Source: Yuukianura sp. NJ FZ-2021
Taxonomy: Eukaryota
Assembly (NCBI GenBank): GCA_046563655.1
Contig: CM102289.1
Coordinates: 124,001 to 188,000 of the forward strand
Reading direction: 5' to 3'
Length of the DNA stretch: 64,000 bases
A model generated the notes under the pieces. The model saw only the letters and a program-made list of their open reading frames with translations. It was not told the DNA's origin and ran no database searches. Both the position numbers and the translations under genes were made by a program. Positions 15,170 to 28,446 of the stretch are shown here, one piece after another. Numbering within the stretch: the stretch's first letter is position 1; the number at the start of each line of letters is the position of its first letter.

Positions 15170-15678
15170 TTTTGGAAATGGCGGGCAGATTGAAATTTTT
15201 GAAATTTATGTTTTGGGTTTTATTGGAAACCTTGAGCATCTAATCACTTCCTGGGCTTTCCCTGACCTAAGGTCACTTAAAAAACAGAAATTCATTTTAA
15301 GAAACATTACAAATTTTAAAAGTGTGTAAATGTTTTAAAAGCTTTTCCCACAAAAAGATGGAAGATGATTTTTTTTGCGTGACGCTAAAGTGAGTAGATG
15401 GTGGTGATAAAGATGTGCCAAGGTGGTCAGCATCTTAACTTTTTCTTTGTGTTGGTTCACTACAACAAAGTGTTAAACATCAAATTGCTTCTCAATGTAT
15501 TTTCTTGTGGTAATTCAAGGACATCGTGATTCACTTGAGTAGATTTAAGTGCAGAATGAAAAACCGGCCTTCGGGAATTCTGAGAGAATGGATGCAGTTT
15601 TTCCAATAGCCAATTCCAATTTAGTTGTCAACTGGTGTAGAACGTGTAGTGTGGAAGTAATTCCAAACGGAACTTGTC

Positions 15679-16966
15679 ATGGCGCATTTCATGATTGGAA
15701 CACAAGTGATTTTTGTAATTTTTTTGGTGAGTGGCCTTCATGCTGAGGACTCGTACACTGCTGCAGAACTCAAGGCCATTCAAGCGGTAAGCGCTTTCAA
15801 ATTCCAACTGGAGTGCAAGTCACGATTTAATTTTGATTAGTACAAATGTATACGTAACTAAAAATTAATTTAGATTCGGCATTTGGTGAAAGATGGATTG
15901 ACCAAAAGCTACATGAAGGAGAACAAATATCTCGTTAGGTGGCTCAGAGGTGAGGAATTTGCTTTACGTTTATCGAAATGCATGCAGCATAGGCAATTAC
16001 ATTAACGCTTTACCACATAAAGTCAACTACAAAGTAACACTCTTGATTTCTTGTGCAGCTCGTGACCTTGACATTAAAAGTGCCGAAGATATGCTGAGGA
16101 GAGTAAGTTTTGAAAAGTATTTTTATAATATATTTTAATAACTTTGTAATAATAAAATACTTAGAACTTTGAGTGGAGGAAAGAAAACAAGATGGACGAG
16201 ATTGAATACGAGGATTGGAGGCAGTACGAGGCTCAGTATCCGTTCAGTTTCCACATGAAATCATACGATGGACGCCCTGGTACGCTCCTTAACACAGATT
16301 TAAACTTGTACTGTATTAAATTTGTATTTAAATTCCCAGTGCTCTCGTCGAGACTGGGTGCAATCAACATTCGACGAATAATTCTCAACGGCCAGCGACT
16401 AAAAATCCGTCGCTACTTGCTGTATGGCCTGGAGAGGGCAGTGCTAAATGTACATAAAGTTTCTAATGAAACTGGCAAGGAGTTCGTGGGATCACACTTG
16501 CTGTTCAACATGGCAGGATACGACCTAAGGACGCACTCATGCTTCCAGTGTAAGGAATATTACGCAGATTTTGTATAATACGCATGCGTATTATACTGTA
16601 ATTCCATTTTCATGACCACCCTTTTTAATTTTTTACAGGTATTGCCGGTTGGATTATTTTTGTGCAAAATTATGAAAATAATTACCCACAACTAGCACAA
16701 ACTATGATTGTAGTCAACAGTATGTAACACACAACTTTGACACCTAAAATTCCAACCTATGTTTTCAAAATTTGTCTCTAATTTGTTTTCCAGCACCTAG
16801 AATCTTTGAAACATTGTTCAGCGTGTTGAAGCCATTGCTGTCTGAGCAGTCGCAAAGGATTATTCGCGTGTACGGTGTGGACAAGGCAGAATGGAAACCA
16901 GAACTCCTTAAACTTTATCCCGAGAATATCTTGACGCCTGAGTTTGGAGGCACGTACAAGGTGTAA
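15679..16966 (+). CDS. SEC14-like CRAL-TRIO lipid-binding protein with N-terminal signal peptide; multi-exon
   Basis: YLVRWLRARDLDIKSAEDMLR, YDGRP, YENNYPQLAQTMIVVN/APRIFETLF, LTPEFGG; N-terminus MAHFMIGTQVIFVIFLVSGLHA-ED. Confidence 0.88.
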
Positions 16967-17999
16967 TGAAGCAACTATTTTGATTAGAAGTCGATTCACC
17001 ACAATCAATGTAATCGTAGCATCGAATTGCACCAAATTAATAAACTGCCGAGCAAACTGTAGTAAAAACGATTATATTTTAAACCGTACGAATTGCATCA
17101 AAGGAATGTTGGCGTATCAGTTTCTTAATTATCAGCAGAATCCGTCGTATTCCTAGGATTAGTAAAACGAGTACAAATATTGGAACTGGAACACACACGA
17201 GCTGCATCATTTGTACTCACCAGGTCAATTCAAATGCTATTGGTAATTTCAGAACTTTCCAGTAGTTGCAATGTGTGATAAGAATGCAAAAGTTTGTTAT
17301 GGTTTATTATTGTGTGGCTGTTAAGCCTTGTAACCGCATGTATTGTAGCAATTTATAAAAAAAATATTCCGTAACTGCTTTAGCAGTAACACCATGGTTA
17401 CAACAAATCAGGCTATAGTCTTTTTCCTCGACTGTGTCAAGAATCAGCCAAATCTGTCGTATTCCGAGGATTAGTCAAAACAAACAAAAATGTTGTGGTT
17501 GGTAATACTTCGACTCGCATCTTTTGTAACCACGTACTGCATTGAATTGACTAAATTACACTAACTAGTTGTTTTATTTAAGACTCAGTAGTTTTTATAA
17601 ATATGTTAATAAAGTTGATAAAATTAAGTTTTGCGGTGCTATAATTACCTGACAGTGGAAAATTACGATGTCTTTCTTTTTACATGGTATATAGTGATTA
17701 TAGTGTCGTTTGTGGATACAACAAGCCAAGCTGTGAGTGATGTCAACCAATATTTACGCATTTTTTCAAAGGAAAAAAGTTTATTTAATTTGTGTTATAA
17801 CTCCAGACGAAACGCAGTAACAATTTTGGAATTAAGTTGGTTAGATCGTTAACAGTTAGGTATTTAACTAATTAGTCATCAGTTGGTTGCCCACCAGACA
17901 ATAGCCCGCCCAAACGGATAAGGTAACAATTCAACACATCAACTACCACTCAATATTTCAAATTGTTGAATTCGTCTTTGCTTTTGCAGGAGTTAATTG

Positions 18000-19506
18000 A
18001 TGAGGTCAATTGGTTTCATGATGACCTCCAGCATATTGTTCCCTGATCCTTGGACTCTGGACGAAATAAAGCCGGAGTTGCACGTCTTCCGAAGAGGGAG
18101 AGTGGATGGCCTAGTCATTCCCCACTCGATTCAACCATCGGGTGCTGCCACAGTTCTTGCTCAAAATGGAATGCTCTCTACATCCAGACTCGTGTTTGTG
18201 GTCCATGGATTCAGAAATACTGTCCAAATTCCTTGGATGCAGGACATGAAGGATGCTCTCCTCAACGAATCCGACCAAACCGTCATTCTCCTTAACTGGG
18301 GAAATGGTAACGTTTTGACCTTTTCCATCAACTTCATCGTAAGAATGTTTTAGTTTGGTTGTAATGTAAAACAACTTTCAATTGTGGACTTACTATTGTA
18401 GGTGCGGATCTGATGGCTGCGAGATACTTGCAAGCTGCTGCCAATATCCAGCCTGTTGGAGCATGGCTGGCAGCACATGTTTCTCAACTTGGGATCGTCC
18501 AAGGACGGACTTTGTGGGGAATTGGACACAGTTTGGGATGTCATCTGCTGGGAATTGCTGGACGGCAGAGTGGGAGACTGGACAGAATCTCGGCCATGGA
18601 CCCTGCAGGACCAGCTTTTGAGAAACACTCCTTTGTCCCTCTGCGACTCTGTCCCACTGATGCTGTATTTGTCGATGTCATACACACGGATGGATATGAC
18701 TCATTTCTGGATCCAGAGGACTGGGTAAAGCCTATTTTACTTCAACCAAGGGATCCAAATTGTTCGTACTGCACTTTTCTGGAATCCAAAAAGGAATCCA
18801 GAATGCTGCAGAAGGAGAATAATCGTCCATGATTCCTTTTTCCCACCAACAATTCAAATTCCTCTCAATTTGTGTTCACTTTCCTACTTTCAAATAGAGT
18901 CACCCCATTATAAGTTAGAATTAATTGATTACTTGTTGTAGCATAGCCTTAAGTTGATACAAAGCTAACAGCTCATGCAGTAAATCCGGGTTAGTTGACA
19001 CGTTAGATGAATTAGTTGCTAACTAATAATTTTTGTTGTAGATTTCTCCTGTGAATCACTATGGCACACTCATCCCTCTGGGTACAATTGATTTCTACCC
19101 GAATTTCGGGTATGACCAACCTGGTGCTGGTCCAGTGTCATCTCACCTCATTGCGGCCAGTCACTTGAGGGCCATTGACCTCTTCCTGTGGAGCATCGCT
19201 AATCCACTCAAATTCAGAACCAAGGAAGGGCTGGATGGAGTTCCAGCGTTCGAGGCGCCAGTCAAGAAACTGAAGGCGGTGGACACAGAGTCTGAAATGG
19301 GGTACCATGCCTATGCTGCTCCAGCCACAGCAGGAATCTACTACATCCAGACAACCAAGGCTGAGCCATGGGTCAAGAACTGGAAAGAACCACCAGAAAT
19401 GAGCCCCACTTCGGCGGGTCAAGGGTCACCGCAAGATATTAACCCGCCATCCGATGGACAAGGGAAGGTCAATGACTCTGACTCTTGGAACTGCACCATT
19501 TGTTGA
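18000..19506 (+). CDS. Pancreatic-lipase family lipase; 3 coding exons ~18000-18306, 18402-18724, 19042-19506
   Basis: FVVHGF, GHSLG (nucleophile Ser), MDPAGP (Asp), FVDVIHTDG, GTIDFYPNFG, SHLRA (His). Confidence 0.9.
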
Positions 19507-20544
19507 ACACAGTCCACCCTAACTACGAGCCAAATCCTAAGCCTACAAAACAATTCGTCCCACCATGTAACATTTTTTAAATTTTTACTGACAACAATAT
19601 TCAGGTGACCTTTGACCCACAAACCCTTCAGAGGTTGACGTTAGTAACCTTACATGTGATTATCTTTGAGTCCACACAAAAATAATTTTAAAATTAATTT
19701 ATTCCTAAGCCTTACCAGTTCAAAAGTCTTCATCTGCTTAATTCAGAGGTTTACTGACCCCCGCTTTCGTTGACGTTCTAATCCATTGTTTTGTGGGAAT
19801 TGTGAAAGCCGCAGATTCGCATCTGCGTCGCATTTTAAACTCAAATCCTCAATTAGTTTTTAATTTAGTCCGAGATTACAAATAGGAGATTAAAATTGTG
19901 TTGCGAATGCAAAAACTGGATTTTGTTGTAACATCATCATGCCACTCTTTGACCTCTGAACTACATTAGTCTTGAACTTACTTTCAAATCGAGACCTCTG
20001 AACTTTGAAATTTGACCTTTCCAAATATTTTGGAATTTGAGCTCAAGGCATTGACATTCTGATGAGATGAGCTCAGACAGGAACCTGCAAAGGGAAAGTT
20101 TTTTTGTTTTCGGTGACGCAAAGCCTACGTGATGTTTAATGCATTGCACAGAAGCATCGTCTGTCTGCAAACAAAATGGAAAATGGTAAATTTCATAACT
20201 TAACGTCACTTTGCAGTAGGAATTTTGGGGGTTTCCTCTTGTGAACTTCTCCATCCTGAATGTTTGAAAAGAAAAAGGAGATACTCAAAGTGCGAAGGTA
20301 AGGAAATATTGTTTTGTTTTTGAAAGAGTAACCTCATTTTGGTTTGAAGGAGGATGTGGATTTCCTTGGGAGTTGGAGGGAGTAACTACTTTTACTTTTA
20401 GGATTGTGGGGATTCACGATGACTCAAACTGACCCACTGAAACTCAACAAACAAAAACCACCCTCTCCACTTCACCCCCTGTGCACAGGGTGAGAAATGA
20501 CTTCAATTTTGAAAAGTGCAGAGTGGAAGTGGACACAGATCAAG

Positions 20545-22580
20545 ATGGAAGTGAAATCGGTTTTGCTTTTAGTTGTTTTCGTGTGCAGTGTGGCCTCTAC
20601 CTGCTTTGAAGATGAAAACCAGCCGGGGTCAAAGTTCAGGTCACAAGTTACACAAGATTTTCAACAAGTTCTCTACCAAAACCAACTCAATTTCTCACTC
20701 ACCCTCTTTCACAATCTACACAAAAAGTAAATTTCATAACAACATTTTCACTTTTATTTAAAAGAATTATTTTTAGAAATTACGAGTCTGCTAAGCATGC
20801 TTCCTGAGGCCTCGCCTACACCCGTTAAATCCTCCTAATTTTTCCACTTTTTTTTCCAAAAGTAATAAGCTAGAAAGGTAGAACGTGTGATGAACTTTTT
20901 CAAAAAACTACATTTTGGAAAATTTCAATGTCTCATAAATGAGGAAAATGCGTTTTAGAGAGTTATAGCCGAAAACCGTGACTAAAATCTAAAAAATTTG
21001 GGGGTAAAAAAATGATTTAGTAAAATGCAATTCCGGAAGTACATCTCACCTGTGAGTTTTCATTAGTATATAATAGATTTTTATAATATTTTTTTTATTG
21101 TTTTTTTTCAGCATGAGAGGAGGAACTTGTTCTTCTCTCCGCAGAGTATCCACAAGGCCTTGATGCTGGCGTTGTTTGGATCCGCCGGAGAAACAGAAAT
21201 GCAGCTAAGGAAAGCACTGCAACTGGACCCCACCATGTCAAAGACTGACCTCATCCGACAGTACAAAATGGAAAAGTATTTCATGGTAACAAAATTTACA
21301 CTTTTACAACTTTTCTCAAAATTTCTGCAAAAACTTTCAAAATGAGGGCATGAGTCTCTAACTTTGACTTTGATTTTAATTTCAGGAAGCGAGAGCTCTG
21401 AACACTTCAAGCTACGACCTGAGAATCTCGAACAAAGTATTTTTCTCTGACCAGGAGCCACTGCGCAGTTGCATTCTGGAAATCCTGGAAGGAGAAATTG
21501 AGCAAATGAATTTTGAAAATGACACGGAAAGTTCTCGACAGGAAATCAACTCCTGGGTGTCAAAAAACACAAACGGAAAAATCCAAAACATCATTCCCCC
21601 TGGGGTCATCAACTCTCAAACCAGAATTGCAATTGTAAGTTAAAACCATTAAACCAATTAAAAGTAAGGCAGTTGACATTTTTTTTATTAAGTAGCAAAA
21701 GCTACTTTATGGCTTGTTCTAGTCTGTCTGTCCGTGAGGACTCAAGTTTTTTTAATTTTATCGGTCTGTCTGCCGGTGCCATCTTTCGCTACTTTCGAAC
21801 ATCGTTTTTTCTTTAATTTTAGGTGAACAGTGCCTACTTCAAAGGGACTTGGGAAAAACAGTTTGACGTTGACAAGACAAAGCCCAGTTTGTTCTACGTT
21901 TCTCCAAAAGAAGTCAAACGGACAGAAATGATGTTTCACCGAGACGCCTATCGTCACGGAGTGTCAGAAAGTCTAAGATCCTACATTCTGGAACTGCCGT
22001 ACGCCGGAGAAGAAATTTCAATGTTCATTCTTCTGCCACCATTCGAACCAAATGCACTCGAACTCACTTTGAGTCGACTCACTGCTCAGAGTCTCCAGGA
22101 AGCAATTGACCCCAACCAACTCTACTACGACACAATAGACATCGCAATCCCAAAGTTCAAAATAGAACAGTCTTTTGAACTCAACAAGGTCAGTAGGAAA
22201 CTAACTTTCAAGTTTTGAATTTTTACAACTGACTTTTTAATTTTAATTTTGAATTTTGCGCATTTTGATTTTAGGCTTTAGAGACAATCGGAGTGGTTGA
22301 TTTGTTCGACGTGGAAAAAGCAGATTTGAGTGGATTTTCAAATAAGTCTGGCCTTGTGATTGGAACTGCCAAACACAGATCTTTTGTGGAAATCAACGAA
22401 GAGGGGTCTGAGGGTGGGGCAGCGACGCTTTTGATTGACACGCGCAGTGGTCGCCCGCTGGACCAAATGCACTTCATCTGCAACCATCCTTTCCTCTTTC
22501 TCATCCACGACAATGTCGCCAAAACTGTCCTCTTCATGGGGGCATTCACTAACCCCAAGGGCACCAAGAGGTCAACATAA
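20545..22580 (+). CDS. Secreted serpin (serine protease inhibitor), multi-exon
   Basis: Signal peptide MEVKSVLLLVVFVCSVAS; NLFFSPQSI, NSAYFKGTW, IPKFKIE, reactive loop EEGSEGGAATLLIDTR-SGR, FICNHPFLFLIHD. Confidence 0.92.
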
Positions 22581-22866
22581 CGATATACTACGCTATTTTT
22601 ATTAAACGCTTTTCAACTTTTGAAAATTAGGAAATTTATGGGTTAGGCTGTCCTCACTTCATTTTTAGTGCCAAGTGATTTCAATTGCAAACTTGGTCAG
22701 TGAATAGAAGAGGTTCGAAATCAGGCTAAATTTGACAACTCAATGAAAAAAAAATCTGGGTTAGGTTTCCCACATTTTACTTCCCAGTGCTTCAGTTTTG
22801 AAATTTTTTTCAATTTGAAAAGGTTGAACTTTCCGTTTAAAATTTTTTGGATCCTTTGTAGCTACA

Positions 22867-23661
22867 ATGCTTTTTGTTGGGATTAGAAACATTGTGTTTT
22901 GTTTCACTTTAATTTTTGTGGTTGTACTGAAACTGGGATCAAGTGATCTTCGTGACCTTTTAGATTCCACGAAAGGAGTTTTGCCCTGGAACTTTGAGCC
23001 TTCGGGGCAAGAGTGCAGTCATGTGAGAAAAGGGGGTCCAATGTGCATATTGTTCCCGGAGTCAGATCCGGGGCCCTTCTACCTGCCCCTGCACTTGGTG
23101 AGACAAGATGTGCGAGAGGGGGAGCAGGGGGTGCCGTTGACGTTGACCCTCAAGGTCATCCACATCACAACTTGTTCTCCAGTGGGGAAAGTAGCTGTTG
23201 ACTTGTGGCAGTCCAATGCATTTGGCCTCTACTCTGCCTTTCCTGGCAGAAATGTTGTGGAACAAGCAGTAGTAGCAGCCGGGAGTGGCCCTGCACGCCC
23301 CTCCTCTGGCAACACAACTACTTTTCTCCGTGGCGTCCAGTACACTGATCAAAAGGGACTTGTTAAGTTCGTGACTATTTTCCCTGGATCGTACGCTGTA
23401 CGGTGTGTCCATGTCCACTTGAATGTCCACTTCAACAACCAGATACACTATGTTGACTTGTACTTTGAGGATAGGTTGAGGAAGAGAGTGGACAAAGTGT
23501 ACCCTTACAATGTCAACTTGAGTCCAAGGCTTAACAACAAAGACGACAAATTCTACGCCAGGGACAACGGAACCATCAGCACAGTTCCACTCACGGGAAA
23601 CGTCCAACAGGGATTCAAAGGAACGATCACCATGGCTTTTGGACCAAAAACCAAGTTGTGA
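22867..23661 (+). CDS. Intradiol ring-cleavage dioxygenase, secreted type, intronless
   Basis: CILFPESDPGPFY, EQGVPLTLTL, VDLWQSNAFGLYS, FLRGVQYTDQKG, TIFPGSYAVRCVHVH with Tyr/Tyr/His/His iron ligands; hydrophobic N-terminus. Confidence 0.92.
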   Translation: MLFVGIRNIVFCFTLIFVVVLKLGSSDLRDLLDSTKGVLPWNFEPSGQECSHVRKGGPMCILFPESDPGPFYLPLHLVRQDVREGEQGVPLTLTLKVIHITTCSPVGKVAVDLWQSNAFGLYSAFPGRNVVEQAVVAAGSGPARPSSGNTTTFLRGVQYTDQKGLVKFVTIFPGSYAVRCVHVHLNVHFNNQIHYVDLYFEDRLRKRVDKVYPYNVNLSPRLNNKDDKFYARDNGTISTVPLTGNVQQGFKGTITMAFGPKTKL

Positions 23662-24336
23662 ACACATTCAATTTTTCCAAGGTTGCTACAGCAACCAATT
23701 CCATTTCCTACAACAGGTTCTTCAATAACTCCGACTTTTATAAAAAATTGAGTCAAAACAACTGTTTGAACCGATTCCCGTTAAACACAAGTTACCATTG
23801 AATGGCACGGCGAAACCAGATTTGAAAATTATTGAGCAAAATTAAAAACTCGGAGTTATTGAGTAACATGTTCTAGAAAAAACAATCCGCCTGTCTACCA
23901 ACTTTGAATTATTCTAAGAATTAATTATGAATCTGAGGGACCTTATTAAAATGTCTAAAAATACTACATATTTTTGTGAATTCAGGAGGAAAAGATTAAG
24001 TCATCGATCTGGAAATTGAAATTTCAGATATTTTGAAACACCTAACTCGAGAACGGATAGCGATAGAAAAATAGAAATAATAATATCTTCACGACAAACC
24101 TTCAAAAACTATGAACAATTTTGGAAATTTTGAAAAGTCCACGAGTGAACATTAAGTTTTAGTGTACAGAAATTAGTAAATTCGTTTCAAACTCCAAAAA
24201 GGTAAATGCTTAAAGTTAAAATTTATTGGACAAAATAAGAACACTAACTAAATCTTAAAAACTGAGAAACTGTAATCCTAGTGACTTTTAAATAGGAGTT
24301 TAGTCTTGTTCTCTTCTTCAACTAAAGTAAATATTT

Positions 24337-27300
24337 TCAGTTACAAATGAACAGTTCCACTTTCTCTTGACACTTTTGACACTCCACTTCACAACACCAG
24401 CGGAACTTGCAAGCACATTTCCAGTTGCGCTGTACTTGGTGAATGCTGTGCCCTCTGCCACAACAGAGCATGTCACAGGACTCCTCACTTCTGCGCAGAC
24501 TCACATTCTGCAAAGAACGGCCTTCCATGAGGCAGTGGCGACCTCTCGTGCCAAGCGAACCAAGGCGACTGTTGGCTTCGCAGTAGTTGGGCGACGGTTC
24601 CAAGTACACTAACTCAGTTCTGCGTGGTTTGGACTGCGCATGAGCAGATTCCTTCAGAGAACGCTTCCTTTCTTTGGCAACTTTGCTCGCACGATGTCTC
24701 AAGTGGGATAGTTTCTTCACGGCGGACTTTGGGTGCGGACGGATGAGCAAAATAAGAGAGCGACGTGACCTCTGACCCTCAAATTTCACAAATTCAATTT
24801 TTCAAAATTATAGTTTTTGAAAATTTTTATTTTTTGAAATGTTGTGTAAACTGTTTACCTGTTGAGGTCCTCCTGAGACGGCCAAGACAGGTTTAGCCTC
24901 TTGGTACTTTTTGACTAATTTGTCTCCGATTTGTCTAAAAGTGGGTAATTTGAGCCAACATGTTTTGAGTGTACAGGAACCACTCACCCCATGACACTTG
25001 CACTCCGTTTCTAATGTAGACTGGACCATCTGAAACGTAAAAAAGTAAAATTTACGTCTCATGCAATCGTAAATTGTAAATTTTGACCTTTCTGCCTGCT
25101 TTGTTGTTGTGTAGATTCATGAGTGATCGTGCATCTTTCTCCATCTCCCTTGAATCCAGAAACTTCCTGGCGAAACGGAGGCCAAACTGGACGTTGGCTG
25201 AGCAGCCTCCCCACCGCCACGACGCTCCTCCGTTGGCTCCGCCCACTTCTGCGTTACTTTGTGACGCAGTCAGAGATGCAGCAGAGGGAGTTGTCGTAGC
25301 TGGACCACAACCACAAGAACTAATTTCACCCCGTCCACATGCCTACGCATTCAAAATTCATTTCATTTCACCAAATTTACTTTCCCTACTTCCATACATT
25401 CCTAAATTTCCCATGTCAACTTTTCTCTTCTGCAAACTTACCTCCGTTAGTTCCTAAACTTACGTAAATTGACTTCCGTCAGGATGAAATTTACTGCTAA
25501 AAGTTCCATAAGTTATGTAAATTTGCCTCGTAAGTGTGTAAATTTACCTGAGTGATGGCATACGTGACAGCTGAACTGGTGATGGCGTACAAGTAGGCAG
25601 CTTCACGACTTCCTGCACACAAAAAGTGGAACAATAAGAACAGAACTAAAAGAAGTTTTTTGGTTGTGCGCATGCGCTGAGAAAATAAAAGGAGAATATA
25701 GGCGTGAGATTTCCTTTTCTTTGAATTTGTTTGAGAAATGGAGAGAACCCTCTAATTTGTCGGCAACATTCCCAGTTCAAAAGAAACCAAAAGATGCTCC
25801 CCTGCTGCTTACGACAAAGGAACAAAACCTGCGGTAAAAACCAAAGGTGTAACAAAAACTCCAAATCTTCAAAGAAAAACTGAAAAAATGGTGGCTAATT
25901 TTGAAAATTAAAATAGTTTCCTTACGCCGTCTTAAAAATTTAAGAAAGTCTGAAATCTCGCAACACTTCTAATCTAAACTCTTTCTCTTTTTTCTCTTTC
26001 TCTCTTTTCTTTAGACAATTGAGTGGAGGGTGTGGCTGTTGACAAGTTGACGTCTAATCTAAATTGTTCCGTTGTCACATCATTCTACAAGAACATCTCA
26101 AAAGTGTCGTAATGAGCCGCAACACGCTCAGAATTCAAATCAACTGATCTCCTTTGATCAACTCAACTAAAAAACTACAAAGAAATTTTAAAAAGTTAAA
26201 AAAAATCAAATTGGACACGAGAAACTCATTTGGAGATTCGGAGATGAAATGAATGAAGAAAAACAAAGTTCAAAGTGAGGGAGTGACCCCGAAGTGTCAA
26301 CTTTCAATCAAAGGTCAATCTCACAAAAACACAAAATTCTACTTTGTCTTTTAAAAAAACTGTTTAACTTTTTTCTTTGAGAGTTCCCTGAGAATGCGGT
26401 CTTACAATTAACTTCCGTTGACTTGATTTCGTTTTGTTCACACCTACTTGCAAAAAGTTAAGTGGATTTTGACACCTACACTTGCCACTTTTGTGCTTTT
26501 TGCGAACGGAGATGAGTGGCTAATTACTTTTGTTAGTGATTCAACTTTTCATCATAATTTGTTGTGTGAATCATAATAATTCAAATCTTCCCACGAGATA
26601 ATTGGAAGTCCATTGTGCATTGTGTGGGAGTTTGTTTGTTATTGTTTAAAGGCATGACAGGGAATGCGTTGGTGGTAAATTTTAAATTTCAACTCATGAC
26701 TTTCCTGCTGCGTCGTACTTAATAACTAACCAATAATTTCAACTTTTCCTTCGTAATTAACCGTAAACTGGGCACAAATCGTGGGCGGCAGGATAAATGA
26801 TAGATCGATTGAAACAGAATCGCAATATCTAAGCAAAAAATCACAATGATACTGCGCAAAAAAGTCGTGACTCGACAGACTTCAACTTTAAACATTCGGA
26901 AAAACTTTAAAGTTCACATAAACTTAAAGTCTTTTTTTACTTGTGAAAACTAAACTTCAGTTTTAATTTTTTCTCTGCATTTTCTTACCGATGAGAAAAA
27001 GGTGTGGGAAAGATAGTTCGTGCCCAAATGCAGGCGTGCAATTCCAGCGACTGAATTTGAATTGATGTTGACACTCTGCAATTCCGAGCTGCGTTCCCAC
27101 CCCCACCACTGGAATTACATCTGGGAATGTCTGGAAAGAAGAGAAGTGTCAAGCATTTTGTCATAATGTTGGTCCACATCAACAGTAAACAGAAACAGAA
27201 AACAACAGAAACAGTAAACAACAGAAAGTGTTAAGATAGTGCATTGTTCCTACCTGACAAATGGCTCTTTGTCTCTGCGTCAGAGAAGGAATGTGGCTGC

Positions 27301-28446
27301 ACAGGAACTCCGCACCGAAACTGTTCACAGCCCCCCTCAACATCAAAACAAAAAATTAGTTTAGCGCTTCCTCCTCCCATCTCTGAACATGATCTGAACA
27401 TGAAACATCTCTCAACATCGCCACAATAGCTGGGAGATGAGGAGAGAGATCATAAATAATTTCTTAATTTCCCTCTCTTCCCATGTCCAGAGGTCCTAAT
27501 TACAACATTCCAAGGGAAGCATGGAGACCCTTAAGGGCTCCCTTCTCCGCGCATGCTCTCCCCTCCAAGTGGCAATTATCCTTGTACTGCATAGTTGCTT
27601 CTCTCCCGCCCACAACGCCACTCTCACCTCAATTCAACTCAGTAATTAATAGGAACAAAACACTTTTGACCACAAAATTTAAAGACTTTCAAGGCCTCGG
27701 GCCAATTTCAAATTCAATTTCTGGGCTTTTGCGTAATTTGAAAGGAAGTTTGCAATTTTGGACGTTTGAGAACTAAGTTTAATTGTATGTTATTATCAAT
27801 TGTTGTTCCACGCTTCCCTTCAAAGGTGCCAAGTTGATGACTGGTTTCTGTTACCGCAAAAAATTCTCACAAAATCCAAAATTTCTAAACATGAGTTGTT
27901 TTTTTGAAAAAGGAGAAAAAGAGAAGTTGATTTTTTATTGGCGCGGTGCAGAGACTCTCAGTGGGAGAGTGTTAATTTCCATCCCTTTGAAAAAAACCCG
28001 GGTGAGCAAGAGGTGTGAAGAGCCCTTTAAAAATCTCATAATCTTCACACTTCAATTTACTCCACTAATGCACATTTAGGAATCATGAAATCCATAATGT
28101 ACTGTATCTAATATACATTCACAATTTAGGTAATCCACCATTTACATCCAACATTGTACATTCTAAATTCCAAATTTTACCTATGCAAGAAGCGGAAACT
28201 TTAAGAGATTGCGTGCACAAAAATTAAAAAACCCATTGTTATAAAGTAGGGCAATAGGAGTACTTTACTCAACAATTTTCTAGATTGATTGGATGCTCGA
28301 TAGCACTAAAATATAATCCTAAAAACTTTGTCTAACGTATAATGGACTTCTGGTACTGTTAAAATTGTTAAATTGTGTTTGCACCTTGAGTAGATGAGGA
28401 GACTGATGGTGAGTAGTTTGCTCACGAAGAGCATCAACTTGTGCAT
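24337..28446 (-). CDS. Wnt7: Wnt ligand, Wnt7 subfamily; multi-exon
   Basis: [80 protein letters not shown]; first exon [19 protein letters not shown] (28446-28385) splices in phase. Confidence 0.88.

Noticed and set aside
17135..17535. Diverged direct duplication (~17135-17220 and ~17450-17535) as a possible small gene
   Set aside because: No consistent reading frame is shared by both copies.
23704..23880. Degenerate inverted repeat downstream of the dioxygenase as a sign of its mobilisation
   Set aside because: It lies on one side only with no clear TSD; more likely an unrelated MITE relic.
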